Below, in pieces: positions 20,867 to 29,459 of a stretch of DNA of 64,000 bases. The stretch covers positions 7,199-71,198 of the forward strand of contig JAQWNJ010000019.1 of NCBI GenBank assembly GCA_029268695.1, in the 5' to 3' direction. Each line of letters begins with the position of its first letter. Position 1 is the first letter of the stretch. Origin of the DNA: Bacteroidia bacterium (lineage in GTDB: Bacteria > Bacteroidota > Bacteroidia > NS11-12g > UBA9320). The translations under genes and the position numbers were made by a program. The notes below the pieces were generated by a model. It was not told the origin of the DNA and made no database searches. It saw nothing but the letters and a program-made list of their open reading frames with translations.

Positions 20867-23587
20867 ATGAAAAGAAGTACAATAATATTAGCGTTAGCTG
20901 CTTTATCACTAGCGATTTTCGCAATCGTTTCAACAATTGATGTCCCTGGAAATGCCTATACACCAAGAATAAAACAGACTCAGGGTATATCTGGATATCA
21001 GTCTTATTTAAAATCAGTAAGAGCCAACCAGAATACTGGTTTTGTATCTAATGAAGATGTTAATCAAGTTATTGATGAGATTAGCCTCCAAAATAATACA
21101 AAATTCAAATCTGACTGGCCCTTAAAATGGGAGTTCAGAGGACCTGATAATATTGGTGGGCGTACACGATGTCTTGTTATCGATAAAGATAATTCGTCAA
21201 TTCTTTATACAGGAGGAGTCTCTGGTTCTGTGTTTAAATCAACTAATGGTGGAGGCAGCTGGTCTCCAATCACTTTAGGAGATGAAAATTTTGGTATTGT
21301 AAGCATGGCTCAAACAAATGATGGTACATTGTTTTACGGTACAGGTGAAAATGGCTTATTACTATCAAACCCTAATGGGGATGAAGGTTCTGGTTTCAAC
21401 GGAATGGGAATATATAAATCTACAGATGGAGAGACTTTTAGCGAGCTTGCAAACACCAAATCGTTTGGTAATGTATACATCTTAACAGCCCACCCTACAA
21501 CTAATCATATTTACTCAGGCTCTTCCAACGGATTGAGAGTTAGTGAGAATGGTGGTGATACCTGGAAATTGATAAAAGGCGGCAGCTGCAAAGAAATAAA
21601 ATTCAATAAAAATGGCGTTTTACTTGCTAGTATTGGAAATTTAATCTGGAGATCTGCTACCCCAAATGATATATCATCCTATCAAACTATTGGTGGTTTC
21701 ACTAACAATAGAAGAGCGGCAATTGGTTGGGCTGAATCAGACGATAACTATTGTTATATTCTCACCGTAGGTAATGTAACTTTTGATGGTCAAAGCTATG
21801 GTGGAGGCTCGTTAACTGGACTTTACAGATCGACCGATGCAGGACAAACATTTACACAAGAAGTTGGTCAAATGAGCCAATTTTTTGCACCATTCACCTA
21901 CATAGGTTTACAAGCACAAGGACTTTATGACCTTGCATTAGGAGTTCACCCACGTGATAAAGATCGTGTGTTTATTGGAGGTATTTTATTCGCAGAATGG
22001 ACACTTCAAGATGGACCTAAAATTGTTGGAAACACCTTTAACTCGCCTCAAAACCCATTTGGAATTCACTCGGATAAGCACTTAATTACGTTTGATAATA
22101 CTGGGGAAGATCCCATCATGTACATATGTAGCGATGGAGGTGTTGCTAGAACAACTACCCCTGAATTAGATCGTTATAAGAATATCAGTACAAATTTAAG
22201 TACAACACAATTCTATGGAATTGCAGCAGATGTTAGAGGAAGAATTTTGGGAGGAACACAAGATAATAATACACTTCTAATTACTGGAGAATCATATCCA
22301 AGAAAAATTGCTGAAACAGTGATAGGTGGAGACGGTTTTGAATGTGCTATAAGTACTTATAATCCAAATTTCATGTTTGGTGAGAGCCAATACGGTAATT
22401 TAAGAAGATCCATCACTGCTGGTTCAAGTTTTGAATCTATTTGGGACAATAGAATTAGCTCTTCTTTTGCATCAGCAAGTAGACCCACAGGATATTTTAA
22501 TAATCCATTTACACTTTGGGAAAATCCTGCAGTTATTGATAGTATCGAAACCTATGGTAACAGAGAATCAGATGATTCAATAGCAAACGCAAGATTATAC
22601 TTTGCTACAAATGACGGCATATGGATGTGTAAAAATGTATATGGGAAGCCTCATGACCCAACAAATCCAAAAGACGGATCAATTCGATGGTTTAGAATTT
22701 CAAACTTGAAGCGTGTTCATTACATGACTCCCAGCAAAAACGGTGAATCATTATTTGTAACTACAGGCAACGGAAAGATTTATAGAGTTGATAATCTATT
22801 ATCTACACAATTTGATACCTTAAGTTTGCCTATTAATAATCAAATAGCTTCGAATCTAAGCACTTTAGTCATATCACAAGGGCTTGGTGTAAATTCAGCT
22901 AGAACTATTACGTCAGTTGCAATAGATCCAGAAAACTCAAATCGTATGATTGCAACTATTGGAAATTATGGTAATACAAATTATGTGTACAGCACAGAAA
23001 ATGCAATGGATGCATCGCCTAATTGGTCAAGTATTCAAAGTAATCTACCTAAATTCCCAGTCTATCACGCAGTAGTAAGTATCAAAAATCCTGATGTTAT
23101 TATATTGGGTACAGAATTTGGTATTTGGGCAACCAATAATGGACGATCTACAAACCCCACATGGTCAGAAGCAGGTGATGGAGTGGATAACGATATACCA
23201 TTACCAAGGGTCCCCGTTTTTGATCTTGTTCAGGTTGAAAGTAATTCATCTACAGGTCCTAGGATATATGCAGGAACCCATGGTATGGGAATCTGGGAAA
23301 CAAAGTCTATGCTTACTAGTGTTCGACCTAAAACTAATAACACAACAACAAGAATAATTAATGCATATCCAAATCCTGCAAATAATTTTGTTAATATAGA
23401 TGCAAACATCAAAGGAGATTATATACTGAAGGTTTACGGTCTTAATGGAAATATAATTTATCAATCAAAAGGTAAAAATTCTAAAACAATACGAATAGCA
23501 ACTTCTAATTGGAAATCAGGAAACTACTTTGTTGAGATTCAAGGTAATAATTCAAGAAGCTCATCTAAAATTATTGTTCAACACTAG
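20867..23587 (+). CDS. T9SS type A-sorted BNR/Asp-box (VPS10/sortilin-like) beta-propeller protein
   Basis: W.FRGPDNIGGRTR; repeated KSTNGG.SW, KSTDG and RSTDAG boxes; GGTQDN, GGDGF, GTHGMGIW; CTD AYPNPAN...GNYFVEI...KIIVQH. Confidence 0.85.
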   Translation: MKRSTIILALAALSLAIFAIVSTIDVPGNAYTPRIKQTQGISGYQSYLKSVRANQNTGFVSNEDVNQVIDEISLQNNTKFKSDWPLKWEFRGPDNIGGRTRCLVIDKDNSSILYTGGVSGSVFKSTNGGGSWSPITLGDENFGIVSMAQTNDGTLFYGTGENGLLLSNPNGDEGSGFNGMGIYKSTDGETFSELANTKSFGNVYILTAHPTTNHIYSGSSNGLRVSENGGDTWKLIKGGSCKEIKFNKNGVLLASIGNLIWRSATPNDISSYQTIGGFTNNRRAAIGWAESDDNYCYILTVGNVTFDGQSYGGGSLTGLYRSTDAGQTFTQEVGQMSQFFAPFTYIGLQAQGLYDLALGVHPRDKDRVFIGGILFAEWTLQDGPKIVGNTFNSPQNPFGIHSDKHLITFDNTGEDPIMYICSDGGVARTTTPELDRYKNISTNLSTTQFYGIAADVRGRILGGTQDNNTLLITGESYPRKIAETVIGGDGFECAISTYNPNFMFGESQYGNLRRSITAGSSFESIWDNRISSSFASASRPTGYFNNPFTLWENPAVIDSIETYGNRESDDSIANARLYFATNDGIWMCKNVYGKPHDPTNPKDGSIRWFRISNLKRVHYMTPSKNGESLFVTTGNGKIYRVDNLLSTQFDTLSLPINNQIASNLSTLVISQGLGVNSARTITSVAIDPENSNRMIATIGNYGNTNYVYSTENAMDASPNWSSIQSNLPKFPVYHAVVSIKNPDVIILGTEFGIWATNNGRSTNPTWSEAGDGVDNDIPLPRVPVFDLVQVESNSSTGPRIYAGTHGMGIWETKSMLTSVRPKTNNTTTRIINAYPNPANNFVNIDANIKGDYILKVYGLNGNIIYQSKGKNSKTIRIATSNWKSGNYFVEIQGNNSRSSSKIIVQH

Positions 23588-23615
23588 AAATAACTAAAAT
23601 AATTATTCTAGTTTC

Positions 23616-23650
23616 AAATCCGTTCTGGTTTACCTAGAACGGATTTTTTT
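23616..23650 (+). terminator. Intrinsic terminator
   Basis: AAATCCGTTCT-GGTTTACCT-AGAACGGATTT followed by a T tract. Confidence 0.85.
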
Positions 23651-23671
23651 GTAAACTATTTAAATATTTTA

Positions 23672-23753
23672 TGCCAATATGGCGTTTAATTTAAACAATT
23701 TTAAGAGAAATGTGTCATTTTGTCTTAATTTTACACTGGGAATGTAATTTGAT
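23672..23753 (+). promoter_or_regulatory. Putative heat-shock regulatory region of hsp20
   Basis: Two TGNCA-N3-TGNC boxes (23672-23684 and 23713-23724), then TGGGAATGTAATTTGAT (23737-23753), which resembles a sigma54-type promoter. Confidence 0.4.
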
Positions 23754-23780
23754 AGTAGTTTCAATATAAAATTAAAAAAT

Positions 23781-24203
23781 ATGAATATTAGACAGCCTAA
23801 AGTAATCACAGACATCTTCCAAAGTAATTTTGATAACGTGTTACATGAGATTTTAAATACTCAAAGCATAAAAGATAACCAAGTCAATCTTCCAAAAGTG
23901 AACATCTATGAAGATGAAAAATCATACCATATCAAAACAGTTATGCCTGGGGTTGATAAAAAAAATGTTTCATTATCACTTGACAACAACACCTTAATCA
24001 TATTCGGTACGACTAATCAAGAAAATAATGAAGGATTAACCTTATTAAAGTCTGAAATTAATTTTAAAGATTTTAAAAGACGAATAGCTCTACCAAAGAA
24101 CTCAGATCAACAATCAATTTCAGCTAACTTAATCAATGGCGTGTTAGAGGTTGTTATAAAAAAGAAACAAAAAATTAAGCCTAAAAGCATTATTGTTAAG
24201 TAG
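23781..24203 (+). CDS. Hsp20/alpha-crystallin small heat-shock protein
   Basis: PKVNIYEDE...MPGVDK, FKRRIALP, ISANLINGVLEV, C-terminal I-x-V. Confidence 0.92.
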   Translation: MNIRQPKVITDIFQSNFDNVLHEILNTQSIKDNQVNLPKVNIYEDEKSYHIKTVMPGVDKKNVSLSLDNNTLIIFGTTNQENNEGLTLLKSEINFKDFKRRIALPKNSDQQSISANLINGVLEVVIKKKQKIKPKSIIVK

Positions 24204-24220
24204 TTAAAGCGTATGTAAAT

Positions 24221-24244
24221 GGTCGATTCATCAAAGAATCGGCC
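24221..24244. terminator. Hairpin between convergent genes (possible bidirectional terminator)
   Basis: GGTCGATTC-ATCAAA-GAATCGGCC; weak U tracts. Confidence 0.5.
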
Positions 24245-24979
24245 TTACTTTTTTATCAACTGACCAGAACCCGTTCTATTTGCAAGGATTTTATATTCAC
24301 TTGGTTCATTGAGATAGAAAATATTACCAGAATTATGTATGTTCATATACATGCCTTTTGTTGCATTAACATAACAGTCTAAAGGAGAATGTGAATCGAT
24401 ATATACTTCTTCACAAATAAGGTGTTCTGAATTTAAATCTGAAATTTCTTCTATGCTCCCCTTAAGAACTCTTAAATTTCCCTCAAGTATGGTTTTAGCT
24501 GAATTTCTTGATTGAATGAAAACCTCGTCTCCAGACAATATTAGCTTAATATCTGATAGTGCTGGATGTAAAATATTTAAAAATCCAATATTAATAGTGT
24601 CGTTCGATACAACTTCTGCAATAGATTCTATGTGAAGACCCGTCAACTCTTTTATGTAGACAATTATCTTGATTTCATAATTAAACGAACGAACAAAATT
24701 ACAGGTGTTCCTATTTACTAATCTGAGTTGCTTGTTTGACACATTACTTTCAATCTGATCTAAAAGATTGGATGGTCCATTTAATTCTATTCTACCATAT
24801 TGAGTACTATCTTGAATTAAAACAACCTTTATTCTATCCTCAACGTATAGTTTGTCAAATCCAGACACATCTCTATCTAGTGAAACAATATCACCCATAC
24901 TGGTTAAGCAATCATCCTTTTGCTGACCACTGCATGAAGACAACATTATTATAACTATATACCAACTAAGATATTTCAT
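24245..24979 (-). CDS. Head GIN domain / DUF2807 lipoprotein
   Basis: Lipobox LSS-C; DCLTSMG..., NTCNFVRS, SGNIFY, TGSGQLIK. Confidence 0.78.
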   Translation of the reverse strand: MKYLSWYIVIIMLSSCSGQQKDDCLTSMGDIVSLDRDVSGFDKLYVEDRIKVVLIQDSTQYGRIELNGPSNLLDQIESNVSNKQLRLVNRNTCNFVRSFNYEIKIIVYIKELTGLHIESIAEVVSNDTINIGFLNILHPALSDIKLILSGDEVFIQSRNSAKTILEGNLRVLKGSIEEISDLNSEHLICEEVYIDSHSPLDCYVNATKGMYMNIHNSGNIFYLNEPSEYKILANRTGSGQLIKK

Positions 24980-26061
24980 AATTGATAACCTAACCCTATT
25001 TCAAAAAAATCAGCTACACCTCGATGAAATCTCAGCATTCCTTGTGTATACCATTTTTTATTAAACTTGTAAGCTAACCCCATACGCTGACTCAATGCAT
25101 TCTTGAGTATTGAAGGCTTATATAAATAAGCACCCATTTCAACAATTATATTGACCTTGCCAAATCCCCACTGAAAACCACCAGCAAGAGCAAGCTCAGA
25201 CTGATCCATAACTGAGATATGATATGGGGATATCTCAGGATTTATTGAGTGTACATATGACTTATCCAATGTATAGTCCAAACCAAAACGCCAAGCCCTC
25301 ACTTCACCCTTATTGAATAATCCTCTTAATTGAAGGCCCCAAATATTGAAATCCTTTGGATTTGCAAAGTTTCGTTGCTTTCTGCCATAAATAAAAAGAG
25401 CAGTCCAATCAACTTTCTTCTTTTTAAGCACAGGTATAGGTTTTATTTCCTTATCAACTTTATTATGGAAACCATACCTTAATGTAATTGAGGGAATATT
25501 ATACCCTAAATTCGGAACCTTAAAAGCGGCATTAGAATAATGAGAGATGGAAATTCCGGTCTCAATATAATCATCATTAGTAAGTTCTTTTCTACCAACC
25601 AAACCAAACTGCATACTTCCATTAATATTACTACCAATAGCTTGATTTCTTCTATTTTCAAAAACGTCAAACTTCTTGGTTAAATATGCTAATCCTGCAC
25701 CCATTCTAAATCGAAAATCTACCTCTCGGAATGAAAAAACTTTTAATTTTATATGAGACAAAAACCCAAAAGCATGACCTGTTTGCTCCATACCTAAATT
25801 ATAATACATAAGTCCAATACCTGTCAAAGGCTTATTGTAATTTGTGCCCCAATACGAATTTTCTTTTTCTTTTTCAAATGAAATATCAAAGCCATAATTA
25901 TGTGCAGCTAAATTCTTTAAATCTGCTCTATGGGCTAATAAAAATCCTGGCGTACTGCTTAAGCTCAAGTAGCTATTATCTTGAGCAAAGTTTGGCTTAA
26001 AAATACAAAGCAAAACAACAAAAAAACTCAAATGTATGCACCTATGTATACTCAAGCCCAT
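24976..26061 (-). CDS. Acyloxyacyl hydrolase / PagL-like outer-membrane beta-barrel
   Basis: NQAIGS.IN, HYSNA..KVPNLGYN, ADFFEIGLGYQL; start placed at ATG 26061. Confidence 0.78.
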   Translation of the reverse strand: MGLSIHRCIHLSFFVVLLCIFKPNFAQDNSYLSLSSTPGFLLAHRADLKNLAAHNYGFDISFEKEKENSYWGTNYNKPLTGIGLMYYNLGMEQTGHAFGFLSHIKLKVFSFREVDFRFRMGAGLAYLTKKFDVFENRRNQAIGSNINGSMQFGLVGRKELTNDDYIETGISISHYSNAAFKVPNLGYNIPSITLRYGFHNKVDKEIKPIPVLKKKKVDWTALFIYGRKQRNFANPKDFNIWGLQLRGLFNKGEVRAWRFGLDYTLDKSYVHSINPEISPYHISVMDQSELALAGGFQWGFGKVNIIVEMGAYLYKPSILKNALSQRMGLAYKFNKKWYTQGMLRFHRGVADFFEIGLGYQL

Positions 26062-27830
26062 CTTTTTCTTCGATAAAATGTATTCAAAAGGCCAAAAATC
26101 ATAATCATGAAAATGGGAAGTATCATGTTTAAAGATTGCCAAAAAAGTTTATCTTTTTTAATCTTCCCTTTATCTAATAAACGAAGTATCACCTCCTTAC
26201 TTCTCACTTCTATAAGATTATTATCGTCACATAAATAGTCAACACAATTTAGAAAAAACTTTTTATTTGCAAACTCTACGGGTCCAGAAAACTGCTTAGA
26301 AGCAAACTTATCATACCCCAATGGATACACCTTACCATCTGAGGACACTTGGTTTCTGATTAAATCTCCATCACTAATCACAATCATTGAATTTTGAGCT
26401 ATTGACTCTGAAAAAGGTAAATCAAAAGATCTTTTTACACCATCTCTATATCGAAAAGGGCTAATAAATTCTCCTTCAATAAGAACAGCAGAAATTTGGT
26501 TTCCATTTCTAAAATTTGATGGATTTTGTTTATTCTTCAAAATATCTAATGAAAGCAATACTGGATTCGCAGCCACTCTTGACTTACTAGATGAACGAAG
26601 TAACACTGTTTTTTTAAGAGTTTTACGAGCAGTAGTATCAAGTGTGCTACAATATCTTCCCCAAACATTTTCTAAATTTCTAGAAACAGGGTTGTCATCA
26701 ACTGCACTAAATAATGGGTAAAAGATCCATGGCCAAAACCCTGGACGATTTGTTTGCTGGTTTATCGCTGGAATTCCATGACATTGGATATCCTGTACAA
26801 GATTTGGTTTTATTTTTACACCGTACTGAAATAAGATGTCATCTAAATTATGCCCATGATTTACGGTCATTACCTGCCCGTACTTTGCAACTGAATCCAT
26901 TTCGGCTAGTAGGTTTTCAATGAGAAAAATAACCTTGCCACCATTCATCACATACTGGTCTAAAATATATTTTTCTGGTTCTGTAAACTCAATCACAGGC
27001 TTTGCAACTATAAGACCTTTGTATGATTTTAGCTTATTAATTAATCCCTCAACTAATACACTAAAAACAGGTTTCTGAGGGTTATTTACTACATCAGAAG
27101 CGAATATTTTATAACAATTACTATCTCTTAGATTAAGGTTTATTCTATCTAAGGAATAAAATTCACTTAATGAATTAGCTATATCAGCTGTTTCTATTGA
27201 TGAAAGCTCCCCATGACCAGATGAGAAAGCTAATTTGATACTTTTGCCCGACAATCCTTTTCGAATAGCTGTTCCAATTTCGTACTCTAATAGTTCAATC
27301 GAGCTATTAATTTCAACCTCTAATGATTTCCCAAATTGACGTTTTAATAAATTAATTGGATATTCTTTACCTTTATAAAAAACAATACCTGATGGTAATA
27401 TGTATTTTTCTGTAGGTGACTCATCTGGTCTTAACTCGGGCTGTTCAATTTGCAACCCTTTTTTAAAAACTTCTTTTAGGATTGACTCTTTCTCCTTAAT
27501 ATTCTTGCCAGCTAAAATATCCTCAAAATCAAACTTAACCCTACCATCAGAGGCCAATCTGTACTCATTTAATATGTCTCGTGTAGCTGATTGAAGTTGC
27601 TTGTATTCAACAGGAAGGTCTCCATCCAAAAAAACTGTTATGTACAAATCGTCATCCAGCTTTTTCAATAATTCTCGTGAGGAAGTGGATAATGTAAATC
27701 TCTTTTCTTTGGTTAAATCTATTCGGAAATAAAACTCATTAGCTATGAAGTTAAACAAACAAATCACCAATGCACCGAGAATGACTTTTCCCATTATCTT
27801 TTTATTCTTATTAATAATTTTAACTACCAC
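26052..27830 (-). CDS. gldG: Gliding motility ABC transporter accessory protein GldG
   Basis: RIDLTKEKRFTLS, GHGEL, ILDQYVMNGGK, VISDGDLIRNQ, PLGYDK, C-terminal TM; alternative ATG start at 27794. Confidence 0.92.
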   Translation of the reverse strand: MVVKIINKNKKIMGKVILGALVICLFNFIANEFYFRIDLTKEKRFTLSTSSRELLKKLDDDLYITVFLDGDLPVEYKQLQSATRDILNEYRLASDGRVKFDFEDILAGKNIKEKESILKEVFKKGLQIEQPELRPDESPTEKYILPSGIVFYKGKEYPINLLKRQFGKSLEVEINSSIELLEYEIGTAIRKGLSGKSIKLAFSSGHGELSSIETADIANSLSEFYSLDRINLNLRDSNCYKIFASDVVNNPQKPVFSVLVEGLINKLKSYKGLIVAKPVIEFTEPEKYILDQYVMNGGKVIFLIENLLAEMDSVAKYGQVMTVNHGHNLDDILFQYGVKIKPNLVQDIQCHGIPAINQQTNRPGFWPWIFYPLFSAVDDNPVSRNLENVWGRYCSTLDTTARKTLKKTVLLRSSSKSRVAANPVLLSLDILKNKQNPSNFRNGNQISAVLIEGEFISPFRYRDGVKRSFDLPFSESIAQNSMIVISDGDLIRNQVSSDGKVYPLGYDKFASKQFSGPVEFANKKFFLNCVDYLCDDNNLIEVRSKEVILRLLDKGKIKKDKLFWQSLNMILPIFMIMIFGLLNTFYRRKRWA

Positions 27831-28552
27831 TTTCTACCCCTTAAAGCTAATAATGTTAAACTAAGAAAAATAAAGATTAAAGACATAAAATAAGCCAAAT
27901 CTCTAGAGTCAACAACGCCTCGACTAATTGAATCATAATGCAATTGTATTCCTAGAGATTGAACAAAACTATCATATGAGCCAAATAATGAAAGGTTACT
28001 TAATTGCTGAAAACCAACATAAAAAAAGAAACATAAAAAAAGACCTAGTATGAACGCAACAATTTGATTAGGTGTAATTACAGATGAGAATATTCCTATA
28101 CTAGCATATGAAGCACCCAACAATATCAATCCAATATAGGACCCCATAGTAGCACCAGTGTCGATGTTGCCTACGGGTGAACCCAATCTGTATATTGAAT
28201 ATGCATACACCAATGTTGGGAGTACTGCAAAGACAACTAAGGTCACTGATGCCAAAAATTTACCTAAAACAATTTGAACATCAGTAATAGGCTTTGTGCT
28301 CAAAATTTCAAATGTTCCTTGCTTTAATTCTTCTGAAAATGACCTCATGGTAATAGAAGATATTAAGAATGTGAACACCCATGGTGCCATAAAAAAGAGA
28401 ATATCCAAATTAGCATGACCCAAAACAAGAACATTACCATCAGCAAAAACCCACGTAAATAATCCAATAATTAATAAAAAAACAACAATAACTACATAAG
28501 CGATTAATGAACTTAAAAAGCTTCTTATTTCTTTCTTAAAGATACTAATCAT
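27824..28552 (-). CDS. gldF: Gliding motility ABC transporter permease GldF
   Basis: KKEIRSFLSSLIAY, ITMRSFSEE..QGTFE.L.TKP, SISRGVVDSRD. Confidence 0.93.
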   Translation of the reverse strand: MISIFKKEIRSFLSSLIAYVVIVVFLLIIGLFTWVFADGNVLVLGHANLDILFFMAPWVFTFLISSITMRSFSEELKQGTFEILSTKPITDVQIVLGKFLASVTLVVFAVLPTLVYAYSIYRLGSPVGNIDTGATMGSYIGLILLGASYASIGIFSSVITPNQIVAFILGLFLCFFFYVGFQQLSNLSLFGSYDSFVQSLGIQLHYDSISRGVVDSRDLAYFMSLIFIFLSLTLLALRGRKW

Positions 28553-29459
28553 AATCTGTTAACTTTTGAAAAATAGATTCTAAAGACTTTTCCTGTTCCC
28601 TTTGCTCAACAATAATTGTATCAGAGGTAACCGCAAATTTAAAAAGTAACTCGGCTAAGTCTACATGGGGTTCGGAATAGACAATGAATGTTTTTTCATC
28701 TATTGAATCGATCGACTTTATAGCAGAAATTGAAGATAATATAGATAGATCTATTGCATCTCTAAATCTCACATGAATTGAATTCTGTTTATTGCCCCAA
28801 TTTTTCTTGACTGCATCTAATGTATCATCAGCGATGACCTTTCCTTTATTAATTATAATCACTCTACTGCACATAGCCTCTATTTCTTGCATTATATGTG
28901 AGGATAATAAAATGGTTTTGTCTTCCCCAAGAGAGAGAATGAGGTTTCTTATCTCTTTCATTTGATTGGGATCTAATCCGGAAGTTGGCTCGTCTAGAAT
29001 AAGTACGTCAGGATCGTTTATTAAAGCCTGTGCTAGACCTACACGTTGTTTATATCCTTTAGATAATTGACTAATCTTTTTATGACACTCACTTCCAAGT
29101 CCTGTCGAATCAATAACTTTATTAATAGCTGTCCTTGAGTCCTTGATTTTATAAATATCAGCAATAAATCCAAGATACTCTTTAACAAACATATCTCCAT
29201 AAAGAGGATTTAATTCTGGAAGATAGCCTACTCTTTTTTTGATCTTTAACCCATCTGTAGATACGTCCATACCTAAAATATGTGCACTACCAGAAGTCTC
29301 ATTAACATAACCGCTTAAGATTTTCATAGTAGTACTTTTCCCAGCACCGTTTGGCCCTAAAAATCCAACGATTTCTGATGGCCCAATTGAAAATGAAACT
29401 TCATCTAAAGCTATCTGGCTGCCATAAATTTTGGTTAAATTTTGAACTTCAATGGACAT
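28545..29459 (-). CDS. gldA: Gliding motility ABC transporter ATP-binding subunit GldA
   Basis: Walker A GPNGAGKST; signature LSKGYKQRVGLAQA; LILDEPTSGLDPNQ; adjacent to gldF. Confidence 0.9.
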   Translation of the reverse strand: MSIEVQNLTKIYGSQIALDEVSFSIGPSEIVGFLGPNGAGKSTTMKILSGYVNETSGSAHILGMDVSTDGLKIKKRVGYLPELNPLYGDMFVKEYLGFIADIYKIKDSRTAINKVIDSTGLGSECHKKISQLSKGYKQRVGLAQALINDPDVLILDEPTSGLDPNQMKEIRNLILSLGEDKTILLSSHIMQEIEAMCSRVIIINKGKVIADDTLDAVKKNWGNKQNSIHVRFRDAIDLSILSSISAIKSIDSIDEKTFIVYSEPHVDLAELLFKFAVTSDTIIVEQREQEKSLESIFQKLTDYD

